Shown here: positions 1 to 11,790 of the stretch, in pieces
Position numbering within the stretch: the stretch's first letter is position 1
Layout of the letters: every line of letters begins with the position of its first letter
Made by a program: the position numbers and the translations under genes
Source of the DNA: Octopus bimaculoides
Taxonomy: Eukaryota
Length of the DNA stretch: 35,321 nt
Direction: 5' to 3'
NCBI RefSeq assembly: GCF_001194135.2
Contig: NC_068989.1
Span: 73,129,300-73,164,620, forward strand
The notes under the pieces: generated by a model
The model's database searches: none
What the model saw: the letters and a program-made list of their open reading frames with translations, nothing else
Told to the model about the DNA's origin: nothing

Positions 1-320
1 ACCGCCTGACTGGCCTTTGTAGGATTTTTGAGCGAGATCATTGCCAGTGCCCCTGGATTGGCTCTTGTGCAGGTGGCACATAAAATACACCATTTTGAGC
101 GTGGCCGTTGCCAGTACCACCTGACTGGCCTTCGTGTGGGTGACACGTAAAAGCACCCACTACACTCTCTGAGTGGTTGGTGTTAGGAAGGGCATCCAGC
201 TGTAGAAACTCTGCCAAATCAGATTGGAGCCTGGTGTAGCCACCTGGTTTCACCAGTCCTCAGTCAAATCGTCCAACCCATGCTAGCATGGAAAGCGGAC
301 GTTAAACGATGATGATGATG
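1..320 (+). mobile_element. RTE LINE 3' UTR copy ending in (GAT)n; cut by the window edge
   Basis: Colinear with 20400-20670, including GGCATCCAGCTGTAGAAAC and GGACGTTAAACGATGATGATG. Confidence 0.85.
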
Positions 321-1344
321 TATTGTTTTAATTATTAACTTTTGGGTGATGAAATAGTGTAATTCACTTAGAATTAGTTATATTATTAGTAAAGTTCAGT
401 CAAGTTTGTTTTTGTTTTGAAAAGAATACAATATAAAAGCTTTCACTTTTATTTTAATAACTATGGAAGACTGGTGGGAATATTATCTATATGGACTTCA
501 AGAGCTAGGTTGCTATTTAATTAGATAATTTAGGAGTTAGTTATCTAGATTTACTTATTGAATTTATTTACCGATATTGTTTTTATACATAGGATAAATA
601 TGTTTCTGTGTTGTAGCTTAATTAATAATGTTAGTGTTTAATCCTTCCTAGAATTAAGATTGAAAGAACGTGGCGATATCTAAGGTATGTTTGTTCCCAA
701 ACAACACTTATTTTAGTGCTGTTGACACCACTGGATTAAACGGTACTGCCTAGGTGTCAAAACCATAGTGATGACAGAGAGGCAGCTGATGATGGAGGCA
801 TGTTGGATTGTCTGGTATGGCTGTTATTGTATGTACTGAATAACACACCCATTTGATATATATATATGTATATATGTGTGTATATATATATGTGTGTATA
901 TATATATGTGTGTGTGTATGCATGTATATGTAAACACATACCAACACGTGTGTATAGGCATATTTCACTGACATAAGCAGTGACTGTGTTAAAAAGTATC
1001 ACAGATATGATTAAAGAGTATTTATTTGATGTGCCATTTTACTTGTTTCCATATCTTTAATTTAATATTTTTCAGTGAAAACAAATCAATTGTATTGAGG
1101 TTAAGTTCATCTGATTTAGATATAGTACTTATTTAATTACTGTCTTAACCAGTGTACACACACTTTAGAGAACACTGAAGTCAATGTCAAAACACCATCC
1201 ACTCTACCTCATAGCTAGAAAGAGCAGCTAAATCTCCTTTTTATCATACGGTTTGAGATTTCTGTAATAACCTCTGAATACATAGAGCTTTATAAACTCT
1301 CGTCATATTAGTTTCGTATGTTCACTGGAGTTTCATAGACAGTT

Positions 1345-1346
1345 TC

Positions 1347-1390
<44 letters not shown>

Positions 1391-1465
1391 TCTCTCCCTC
1401 TCTCTCCCTCTCTTTCTCTTACTCACTCTCTCTCCCTCCCTCTCTCTTTCTCTCCCCCCCTCTCT
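1345..1465. repeat. (CT)n microsatellite
   Basis: Direct reading. Confidence 0.95.
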
Positions 1466-1622
1466 CTCATTTTTTTTTCATTTGTTTCAATGCTACCAAT
1501 TGTATGATTTACAACTATCATATGATGTCAACACATGCACACACACACACACACACATACACATACACACATACACACATACACACATATACACACACAT
1601 ATATATTTGTGTGATTGTGTCT

Positions 1623-1822
1623 CTTTGTCCCCCTCCACCATTGCTTGACAACCAATGTTGGTGTGTTTACACTCCCATAAATTAGCAGTTCAGCAAACTG
1701 AATAGAATAAATATTAAGCTTACAAAGAATAAGTCCTGGGGTCGATTTGACTAAAACCCCTTAAGGTGGTGCTCCAGCAATGGCCGCAGTCAAATGACTG
1801 AGACAAGTAAAATAATAAAAGA
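1623..1822 (+). mobile_element. SINE family B 3' half
   Basis: Matches GCTTGACAACC..GGGGTCGATTTG..GGTGGTGCTCCAGC..GACTGAGACAAGTAAA. Confidence 0.85.
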
Positions 1823-2126
1823 ATGTATATATATNNNNNNNNNNNNNNNNNNNNNNNNNNNNNNNNNNNNNNNNNNNNNNNNNNNNNNNNNNNNNNNNNN
1901 NNNNNNNNNNNNNNNNNNNNNNNNNNNNNNNNNNNNNNNNNNNNNNNNNNNNNNNNNNNNNNNNNNNNNNNNNNNNNNNNNNNNNNNNNNNNNNNNNNNN
2001 NNNNNNNNNNNNNNNNNNNNNNNNNNNNNNNNNNNNNNNNNNNNNNNNCTCTTCATCAGAAATATAGAAAAAGTCCAAAGAAGGGAAGACGGAGAAAGAA
2101 AATTGCTAACAATGCACACATGGTCA

Positions 2127-2229
<103 letters not shown>

Positions 2230-2581
2230 AAACAAAAATAAAAATAAAAACAGAACAAAAGTCAAAAGGATGCACAGAGTGAATGTATGTGGTTGATGCA
2301 CAGTTTAAGATAGAAAAAAAGAGAGGGTGTGTAACTTTCCGAACATGGACCTTCATCTGAAGGAGAAAAGAGGAAGGATCCAGAGAGAAGGAGAAAATAG
2401 TCTAAGAAAAACATGTATAGTTTATAGATTGGAGACAGATATTGGTCTTCATAGAATACACTTTGTAATGCTCAAGAGATTTAAACTTGAGCAGGTAGAG
2501 GAGTAAATGTAAGGATAAGGAAGTTGAGCAAGTCGATATACAAAAAATATTAAATACATTTATTACAAAATAATGTACATA

Positions 2582-2970
2582 TGTGTAGTGGCGCGAAATT
2601 ATAGCTGCCATTGAGGAAGTACTATTCTGTGCATGCACAGGGGACTTCACCACCGGAAGCCCCTCGAGTTGCGCATGCGTAGTAAAACTCGTACTTAAAC
2701 AGTCAGTTTCACTTTCTCAGCGAGTTGAGCCTGAGACCTTCGACGTGACAACACCTCGCTTGTCCACGAAGCAATCTTCACCTCGATGCCTTCGATGGTG
2801 ATAGCTACTTGCTTCTCTGGCAGGCATCAAGGAAGCCCTTAACCTTCCAATACCAAATTACAACTTAATCATCGGCTGCTAAGCTGAATGACAGGAATTG
2901 TGAAACCAAGCATCATCAATCATAAATAAAACCTTTTTATTATGTTGTTTATTGTTCTAATGTCTCTTCA
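2582..2970 (+). other. CpG-rich island: solo LTR-like element or promoter region
   Basis: Begins TG(TG)TAGTG and ends ..TCTCTTCA. It contains CCGGAAG (ETS-like, 2653-59), TGCGCATGCG (NRF1-like, 2670-79), CAGTCAGTT, and a late AATAAA (~2925). The flanks give only an imperfect 4-bp TSD (cata/tata). Confidence 0.4.
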
Positions 2971-3594
2971 TATAAAATGCTGTTGAAAGGTGATAGAGAG
3001 AGACTAAAGTCTCTATGTACAACTATCCTAACTTTTTACATATGTTTACGTATAAAAAGGTCCGACTTACACTCAATAGAAATGACATAGGGAATTAAAA
3101 GGTTTGAAGAGTTTTACGAGTCCAACAGCTGTTTCTGGGGGATTGGTGGTTCAAAATAATGATTGTAAATTGATTCCATCATTGGATAATACCAGCCTTT
3201 GTCTAGGGAATAACTAGTGAAATTTAGATGATCTCATTAGAATTTTAGCAATGAAATATTCAGAGTCCTCAATCATCTTGATATTTAGTTTGCATTTAGA
3301 TCAGTGATGGATTGTCTTCCAGTCTCAATGATAAACATTCAATTGTTTGACCAATAAAATTCATATTTGTGAAATTAATGTATAATGTATATGCAGTTGT
3401 ATAGAGTATTCTTCTCTGATATGTGTAGCCTTCACTCATTTCTCAAGCAAAATCTGAGGGATAAAATGTGACTAGACTGGACCATTAAATTACAGGTATT
3501 GTTTAGAAGACAAAGAGAGGGAATAACGTTTTAACAACTGTGTGGAATAATCTTTACAGACATAGGTGAGTATTTAAGTTATATTCTTGTGTCA

Positions 3595-3826
3595 TACCAA
3601 CTCATTAGGGCTGGTTTCCTGGTTTCCTGGTTTCATGGCATATATATTCCCCACTTGGGTGAATACTGGTCTGCCACAAGATTACTCATTTTTGCCTGCT
3701 GAGTGGACTGGAGCAACGTGAAATGAAGTGTTTTGCTGAAGAATATGTGTTGCCCAGTCCAGGAATTGAAACCACAATCTTACAATCATGAGTCCAACAC
3801 TCTAACCACTAAGCCATGTGCCTCAA
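3595..3826 (-). mobile_element. tRNA-derived SINE with a family D-like head and core and a different 3' part
   Basis: The reverse complement reads GGCACATGGCTTAGTGGTTAGAG..GGTTTCAATTCC..CACTTCATTTCACGTTGCTCCAGTCCAC, shared with the 18120 copy. Confidence 0.8.
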
Positions 3827-4504
3827 CACAGTTATGGGTCACCTTAAATCAATTCTGAAGCAAGATCAAATTGGCATAATGGAACTAGACAGAATTTCCG
3901 AATTACAGATACAGTCAAGAGAGAAACAGTGAGAAGATTGGTACTTTATTTATTATCTCTGGAAAGATAAAATACAACATTGACCTCTCTTGGATTTGAA
4001 CTCAGAACATAGGAAGCTAAAACATATTCTAATACTCTAACATTTCGGCCAACTCACCACTTTATTCACTGAGCACCCTATGGCTTAAAATATCGGTCAC
4101 TTATGCCTGGGTTAAATTCCTATAAATAGACAGCAGTATGTGTAGCTAGAGCTTCAGGCAAATAAGAGACAGATTAAGTACAAGGGGATAAAGGTGAACC
4201 AGAGTTTAATACTAAGAAGATTGTCTAAGGTGTGGGTGAGTAATTTATTTGACTCAGTTGATCAGCTGGAGTGATTTAGTGTTTCTCAAGGTTATCATTC
4301 TATTGTGGGAGTGAATTGCCACTCAGCTGTTTCCATAGCTGCCTGCTTATTAGATGGAACAGTAGGTAGTAAAATGTCAACAATACAATTTCCCCTGTCT
4401 TTATGTTATTTCTCAATGAATTGTATCTCTTTATGTAGGTCCACTGATTTGCTTTATATATTTGCTTATGTATGTAAATATATGTATGTATGTGTGTATA
4501 TATA

Positions 4505-4569
<65 letters not shown>

Positions 4570-5253
4570 NNNNNNNNNNNNNNNNNNNNNNNNNNNNNNN
4601 NNNNNNNNNNNNNNNNNNNNNNNNNNNNNNNNNNNNNNNNNNNNNNNNNNNNNNNNNNNNNNNNNNNNNNNNNNNNNNNNNNNNNNNNNNNNNNNNNNNN
4701 NNNNNNNNNNNNNNNNNNNNNNNNNNNNNNNNNNNNNNNNNNNNNNNNNNNNNNNNNNNNNNNNNNNNNNNNNNNNNNNNNNNNNNNNNNNNNNNNNNNN
4801 NNNNNNNNNNNNNNNNNNNNNNNNNNNNNNNNNNNNNNNNNNNNNNNNNNNNNNNNNNNNNNNNNNNNNNNNNNNNNNNNNNNNNNNNNNNNNNNNNNNN
4901 NNNNNNNNNNNNNNNNNNNNNNNNNNNNNNNNNNNNNNNNNNNNNNNNNNNNNNNNNNNNNNNNNNNNNNNNNNNNNNNNNNNNNNNNNNNNNNNNNNNN
5001 NNNNNNNNNNNNNNNNNNNNNNNNNNNNNNNNNNNNNNNNNNNNNNNNNNNNNNNNNNNNNNNNNNNNNNNNNNNNNNNNNNNNNNNNNNNNNNNNATAT
5101 ATATATATATATATATATATACAGTGAGTACACTATATGTGAGTGCATACCAGCACTATATGTGTTATACACTATGTGAGTGCATACCATGTGTATATGT
5201 ATGGTATGTTTGGATGCAGTCAATATGTATGCGTGTTTTCCCATGTAAATATA

Positions 5254-5460
5254 TCATTATCATCATCATCATCATCATTTTACATCTGTCTTCCACATTA
5301 GCATGGGTTGGACAGAGCTGGTAAGCCAAAGAGCTACACTGGGCTCCATTGTCTGTTTTGGCATGGTTTCTATGGCTAGATGCCCTTTCCAATGCCAGCC
5401 ACTTTACTGAGTGTACTGGGTGTTTTTTATGTGGAGCCAGCACCAGTGCTTGTAGAGTCA
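5254..5460 (-). mobile_element. RTE LINE 3' UTR copy, inverted
   Basis: (CAT)n followed by the reverse complement of the RTE tail. Confidence 0.75.
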
Positions 5461-6292
5461 CCAATTAACTTGCAATACAAAGACCTCTTGGTGGGAGAGG
5501 GTGTGGTACTGAGGGAGATGGTTTTGTGCCAGTTGAGAGGTTTAAATATAATAGAGAGATAGAGATAGTTGTCTTACTATAGATAGGATACTTGGCTACC
5601 CTTGTAGGAAAAGAAAGGAGAGAAAGAAGCAGAGTTAGAGAGAAAGATAGAGATAGACAGAGTGAGAGAGCGAGCAGAAGGAAAAGGAATAGATTGTGTA
5701 GGAGATGCATTGGGACATACCCACAAGATGAGTGTATAAATCACAATTATACAATTCTGTATAAACCAAAATTTAAAAATCTGGACAGCAAGGGAGCCTC
5801 ACCATGCCTCAAGATTTCTGTAAGCTTAAATACTTTAGTTGATTCTGTCTCTGAATATCAATGAATATCATGCAATATGTATCATATCAGTCTGGTAACG
5901 TACATGGCTATTTGGTCGAGAAGTTTGTTTTGTGGCTAAAGAACTTGATTTCAATGTATGGTACCTCAGGCGCTTTATGTAACAGTGTATAAATATCATA
6001 TTCATTGATATAAATATAAACATAGGTACTTTAGTAGCATATTTGTATATCTTAATAAGACACACACACACATATATTTTTGATATATAAAAGTGACTTT
6101 TGTAATATGACTAAGATATTCAAACATCCTACTTAAGTTTCATGAACGGCAGTTATTTGCACTCCTCATCTTTAGTATAAGGTGCAAACAAACTGCCTTT
6201 CACGAAACTTAAGTACTACATTTGTATATCTAAAGCTCTACCAGGAGTATTGAGTTTTTCTCTATTTGCTGAGTGTTCACTCAATAAAAGGC

Positions 6293-6370
6293 ATCATCAC
6301 CATCACCACCACCATCACCACCATCATCATCATTGTCGTCGTCATCGTCATCGTCATCATCATCACCGTC
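6293..6370. repeat. (CAT/CAC/CGT)n trinucleotide repeat
   Basis: Direct reading. Confidence 0.9.
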
Positions 6371-6555
6371 ATTTAGTATCCATATATATATATATGTACT
6401 TTATATATAGATAGCTACATGCATATTTGTGTGTGTGTGTGTAAGAGTATATTTGTGCATGTATTTGAGGTGGGGATGCATGTATGTTTGTACATATTAC
6501 ATAAAAATGAAATACTCTCCCATCAACCTGTTAGGGTCTGCATACTTTTCCAATG

Positions 6556-6945
6556 TGGAGGCGCAATAGCCCAGTAGTTAGGGCAGCGGACTCACGGTCA
6601 TATGATCGCGGTTTCGATTCCCAGACCGGGCGTTGTGAGTGTTTATTGAGAGAAAAACATCTAAAGTTCCATGAGGCTCCGGCAGGGGATGGTGGCGAAC
6701 CCTGCTGTACTCTTTCACCACAACTTTCTCTCACTCTTTCTTCCTGTTTCTGCTGTACCTGTAATTCAAAGGGTCAGCCTTGTCACACTGTGTCATGCTG
6801 AATATCCCCAAGAAGTATGTTAATGGTACACGTGTCTGTGGAGTGCTCAGCCACTTGCATGTTAATTTCACGAGCAGGCTGTTCCACTGATCGGATCAAC
6901 TGGAACCCTTGACGTCGTAAGCAATGGAGTGCCAACAACAACAAC
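6556..6945 (+). mobile_element. tRNA-derived SINE family A, full length, (CAA)n tail
   Basis: A-box-like TAGCCCAGTAGTTAGG and B-box GGTTTCGATTCCC. Highly similar along its full length to 28738-29107. Confidence 0.9.
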
Positions 6946-7881
6946 CAATAGATCACAATCTTGAAGAACCTGTGGAATATCTTGTAAAATATAATAATTC
7001 TACTGCTTTATAAGTAATCATCATGTTATACAGGAATAAACAAGATATTTTCATTTAATATCAGGTCACTACTGATCTCTCAGATCTATGAGTAAAAGCT
7101 TTTTAATAGTAGCCATTCATTCCCCACCAATTTTAAAATTTTTTTGCCATCCCTAGTGTATCTGGGACTGAATTGCTTGATTAATATACCTTTACTTTTT
7201 AACGATTGTAGTGTGTGTGATTTAAAGGGAGGTTTTGCCACAACTTCTGTTGGTTGGAATGACCACTTACAGGTTTATACATTAGCTTTACAAAATCTTT
7301 CATGTCGCTGGCCACTGAAAAAATATAATATAGAGGCACCCTTGTATGTTCTGTACCCATGCCAAAGCTCACTTACTGTCTTACAGCAACTATATAAAGA
7401 TACCCTCGTTGTTTTTGGGTATCTATGTAGAAACTCTCTTAGATGGCTCCAAGTGATTTGCATTGTAGCTCTCTCATTGGCTCAGTGCAAATTTACAGAA
7501 GGTTCCTCACTGACTTAGAGTGACAGTATAGAAGTTATTTTATGAACTTGGAGCTTCTATGTAAAAGCTCCCTGATTTGCTTCAGAGCAAATGCATAAGG
7601 CAGTGATTTTTCAATGGTACACTGAAGTGCATCTAATTGCACTGTTGTGTATTAGTGTGCTACAATGTGCATCTTGGAGTACTGTTGATATGTTAGAATA
7701 TAATTCAAAACTAGATAATCCATTCTAATAGTTGAGCAACTTAGAAATGGAGTTATTCAATAACTTTGTATGATTAATAAAAACACCAGTTTTGCACCAG
7801 TAATTTCTAATTTTCAAAGCAAAATACACCAGCAAATTTTGTCTTAAAGATCTCCAGTGCACTACAAAGTCAAAAAAGGAC

Positions 7882-8019
7882 TACAGAGAAGAAGCCTTTT
7901 ATGTTGGCCCAGAGCAAATATAAGGGGTTCCCTTACTGGTTCTGAATAATTACAGAGAGGCTCTTTTAGTTGGCCCAGAGCAGCTTCATGGAGGTTCCCT
8001 CATTGCGCTTGGAGTAATT
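7882..8019. repeat. Diverged 69-bp tandem dimer
   Basis: TACAGAGA..TTTTA(T)GTTGGCCCAGAGCA..GGTTCCCT..TAAT starts at both 7882 and 7951. Confidence 0.7.
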
Positions 8020-8949
8020 GCATAGACATTTCCTTATTGATCCCATCAGTGGCTCAAGCTCCCTTACTGACTTGAAGTGGCTTTATAAGGAGCTTCCTTA
8101 GACGACCTTTTGTGGGAATCTGAAATAAATAAGTTACAAGATTCAGCAAAAGTTTGATAAAGACAGAAAAACAAAACATTTTGTAAGTTGGTTGGTTAGT
8201 TAGTTAGTGACTGATTTTTTAAACCCTAGGCCTAGCAAGTACATGATCAAAAGCATTTATTCATGTTTTGACCATACCATCTCTTTATATATCCAGAACT
8301 ACATTGCCCAATGCACCTTTACTGTTTTAAGATAGCAGTGGTTGTTTTGAGGAAATTTAGCTGTTATTTCAGGAAAGTCTAACAATCACATAGAGGCTCC
8401 CTGATTCTGTGTCAATGGCCAATGGCAATGGTAACAGTTTGATTAAATATAGGTCAGTCAAAAAAAATGACAGGTTTATCAAAATAAGCTTTACATATTA
8501 GTTGTAATCCCAAACCAAAGAAATCGGTTTATACCAACCAACCAACCTAATTTGAACCAAGGTAAAATTAACTAAACATTTATTTCATTGTTTTCTCCTT
8601 ATTCCACAACCAGAAGGAGTTGTATATCTCTTCTTCAAATATTTTTTCTATGAAAAAGCAAAACAAATAGAATATAGTAAAAAAAAAAAAAAGGTTAAAA
8701 TTTCAAAAAAAAAGGTTAAAATTTCAAAAAAAAAGAGGTAAAAACCAAACAAGACAAAAAAAAAATTCTTGTTTTGTTCTTATGAAAGAAAATTAAAACA
8801 AAAGACATACAACAATAGCTATGAAGTAAATGATGTTTTCAGGGCGTTTACATATACCTAAATGTAACAGGATGGCACCCCACTTACATTGTGCCACAGT
8901 AAGTGCAGGAATTTTGTCTTTTGTGTCGTATTCTTTTACTTTGATTCCC

Positions 8950-9161
8950 TTACAGGCTCTCTTTCTTTATATATGCCTCTCTTACTTTCTCTTTCTCTCT
9001 CTCTCTCTATCTCTCATTCTCAGTCTCCCTTTCTATCTCTCTCCCTCTCACTTCTCTTTATATGTGCTCTCTTTAACTCGGTCTCTCTTTATATCTCTCC
9101 TCCTTTATCTCTTTTCTTTTCTCTCTCTCTGCCTCTCTCTTTCAGTCTGTCTTTCTCTCAT

Positions 9162-9204
<43 letters not shown>

Positions 9205-9375
9205 ATATACATACATATATANNNNNNNNNNNNNNNNNNNNNNNNNNNNNNNNNNNNNNNNNNNNNNNNNNNNNNNNNNNNNNNNNNNNNNNNNNNNNNN
9301 NNNNNNNNNNNNNNNNNNNNNNNNNNNNNNNNNNNNNNNNNNNNNNNNNNNNNNNNNNNNNNNNNNNNNNNNNNN

Positions 9376-9420
<45 letters not shown>

Positions 9421-9435
9421 TGTGTGTGTATATAA

Positions 9436-9477
<42 letters not shown>

Positions 9478-9710
9478 ATATATATACATATATATATACA
9501 AATACATACATGCATGTGTTAGTGTGTGTGTATTCACAGGTGTCTTTCTCTTTCCTTCATTTCCTCTTCGCATGTGTCTTTCTCTCTTCTGCCCTCTCTC
9601 TTTTACTCTCTCTCCCTATTCCTTCCTCTTTTTACATCTCTCCCATTCTTGCTCTCTCTTGCTATATTCTTCTCTCTCTCTCTTTATCTCTCAGTCTCAT
9701 TAATTGTTTT
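8950..9710. repeat. CT-rich low-complexity and (TG)n tract spanning a gap
   Basis: Direct reading. Confidence 0.9.
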
Positions 9711-9811
9711 GTCTAGTTCTGTAGTAATTGTGGATGTGGTTGTTATTGTTGTTCACTACAACATGAACTACAAAGGAAAGAAAACATACTCCCATGCTTC
9801 TTTCAGTACAT

Positions 9812-10000
9812 CACACTCCAGCCTTGCTGGGGTGCGACCTTGAAGAATTTTAATCAAATGGATCAACCCCAGTACTCACCGTTTTTGAAGCCTGGTGCTT
9901 ATTCTGTTGTTCTCTTTTGCCAAACTGCTAGGTTTTGGGAACATAAACAAACCAACACTGGTTGTCAAGTGGTTGTGAGGGGTAAACACAGACACAAAGA
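9812..10000 (-). mobile_element. SINE family B 3' half, inverted and diverged
   Basis: Reverse-complement match to the family B body and tail. Confidence 0.75.
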
Positions 10001-10020
10001 TTCATACACATACATATATA

Positions 10021-10262
10021 TGTCATCATCCTCACCATCAACATTTAACGTCCGTTGTCCATGCTGGTATGAGTTGGACGGTCTGACGGGGCTGGCATGC
10101 TGGAAGGCTGCACCAGACTCCAGTCTGATTTGGCATGGTTTTCTACAGCTGGATACCCTTCCTAATGCCAACCACTCTGAGAGTGTACTGGGTGCCTTTA
10201 CATGCCACCAGCACAGATACCATTCGCATGACAATGACACCGGGATGTTTTTACATGCCACT
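10021..10262 (-). mobile_element. RTE LINE 3' UTR copy, inverted
   Basis: CATTTAACGTCCG..CCATGCTGG..CTACAGCTGGATACCCTTCCTAATGCC. Confidence 0.85.
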
Positions 10263-10295
10263 GACATGGTTGCCAATTTGCATGACACAGATATA

Positions 10296-11002
10296 TATTA
10301 TTTACATTCGACAGATATTTGTCCTCATCTTGTTTGTTGTTAACACAATGTTTGAGCTGATATACTCCCTCCAGCCTTCTTTAGGTGCTTAGGGGAAATT
10401 TCGAACCTGGGTTCTCATTCCTCTTATGTATTGATATATATATATATATATATANNNNNNNNNNNNNNNNNNNNNNNNNNNNNNNNNNNNNNNNNNNNNN
10501 NNNNNNNNNNNNNNNNNNNNNNNNNNNNNNNNNNNNNNNNNNNNNNNNNNNNNNNNNNNNNNNNNNNNNNNNNNNNNNNNNNNNNNNNNNNNNNNNNNNN
10601 NNNNNNNNNNNNNNNNNNNNNNNNNNNNNNNNNNNNNNNNNNNNNNNNNNNNNNNNNNNNNNNNNNNNNNNNNNNNNNNNNNNNNNNNNNNNNNNNNNNN
10701 NNNNNNNNNNNNNNNNNNNNNNNNNNNNNNNNNNNNNNNNNNNNNNNNNNNNNNNNNNNNNNNNNNNNNNNNNNNNNNNNNNNNNNNNNNNNNNNNNNNN
10801 NNNNNNNNNNNNNNNNNNNNNNNNNNNNNNNNNNNNNNNNNNNNNNNNNATATATTATTTACATTCGACAGATATTTGTCCTCATCTTGTTTGTTGTTAA
10901 CACAATGTTTGAGCTGATATACTCCCTCCAGCCTTCTTTAGGTGCTTAGGGGAAATTTCGAACCTGGGTTCTCATTCCTCTTATGTATTGATATATATAT
11001 AT
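10296..11002. repeat. Identical ~155-bp segment on both sides of an N gap (10296-10454 and 10850-11002)
   Basis: Direct sequence identity on reading both copies. Confidence 0.9.
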
Positions 11003-11154
11003 GATGATGACTGGTAAGTCAAAACTTCAAAGTCACTGTCGTTTTTTCCATTGTAAAACTTAATAAATGTGTACTCTACTAAAAGGTATTAAGTAATCCT
11101 TTAGCTTAATATTTGTTTCAAATTTTGGCACAAAGCCAACAGTTTCATGGAAGT

Positions 11155-11325
11155 AGCTAGTTGATTACATCAAGCCCAGTACTCAATTGGCACTTATTTT
11201 ATCAACCCCAAAAGGATAAAAGTACAAAAATCCACTTTAGCTGTATTTGAATTCAGTACATAAAGTAGAAGAAACATCACTAAGCATTTTGTTCAGTATG
11301 GTAATGAATCTTCCAACTTACTGCA
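11155..11325 (-). mobile_element. Older tRNA-derived SINE family C, diverged
   Basis: Shares GTAC/GGCACTTATTTTATCAACCCC..GGATAAAAG..GGATTTGAA(C/T)TCAG with 3940-4050 (-) and 18430-18550 (-). Confidence 0.6.
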
Positions 11326-11631
11326 TTAATTTGTATTGATTTGTTTTTATATATATCTTAACATAAAAAGAAACATTTCTGGTATGGCGTCTCCCGACAT
11401 GAAAATGAAATTAAACTCTGCTGAGTTACAGGTTGCTGTGGTTGTTACTTAGTGGCTCCAGCCTATTTTCAGTATACATATTGTACAGCAGGTTCTGGTC
11501 AAAGAAAAGATTCAGAACAAATCCTGAGCTCAGAATTTCTGTTTCTTCACAAGAAAATATAACATCTGTGGCACTGACCTGATTCAGAATCATTTATTCA
11601 TTCAGTGAATAAATCCCATCTTTATTGTTGG

Positions 11632-11790
11632 TGTACTGGTGTGGTTAAGAAGATCGCTTCCCAACCACATGGTATCGGATTCAGTCCCACTGCATACTAC
11701 CTTTGGTAAACACCTTCAAATATAGCCCAGGGCCAACCAAAGCCTTGTGAATGGATTTGGTAAAGAGAAACTGAGAGAAGCTTGTCATAT
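11632..11790 (+). mobile_element. SINE family B 5' half
   Basis: GTGTGGTTAAGAAG..CCAACCACATGG..CAGTCCCACTG..CCAAAGCCTTGTGAATGGATTTGG. Confidence 0.8.

Noticed and set aside
3545-3571. Strong donor AG|GTGAGT at 3565/3566
   Set aside because: No convincing acceptor or ORF. It may be a UTR exon but cannot be supported from sequence.
6556-6625. tRNA gene calls at SINE heads (also 18120, 28738, 16673)
   Set aside because: A and B boxes are present, but the heads are followed by SINE bodies shared between copies and no full cloverleaf is evident.
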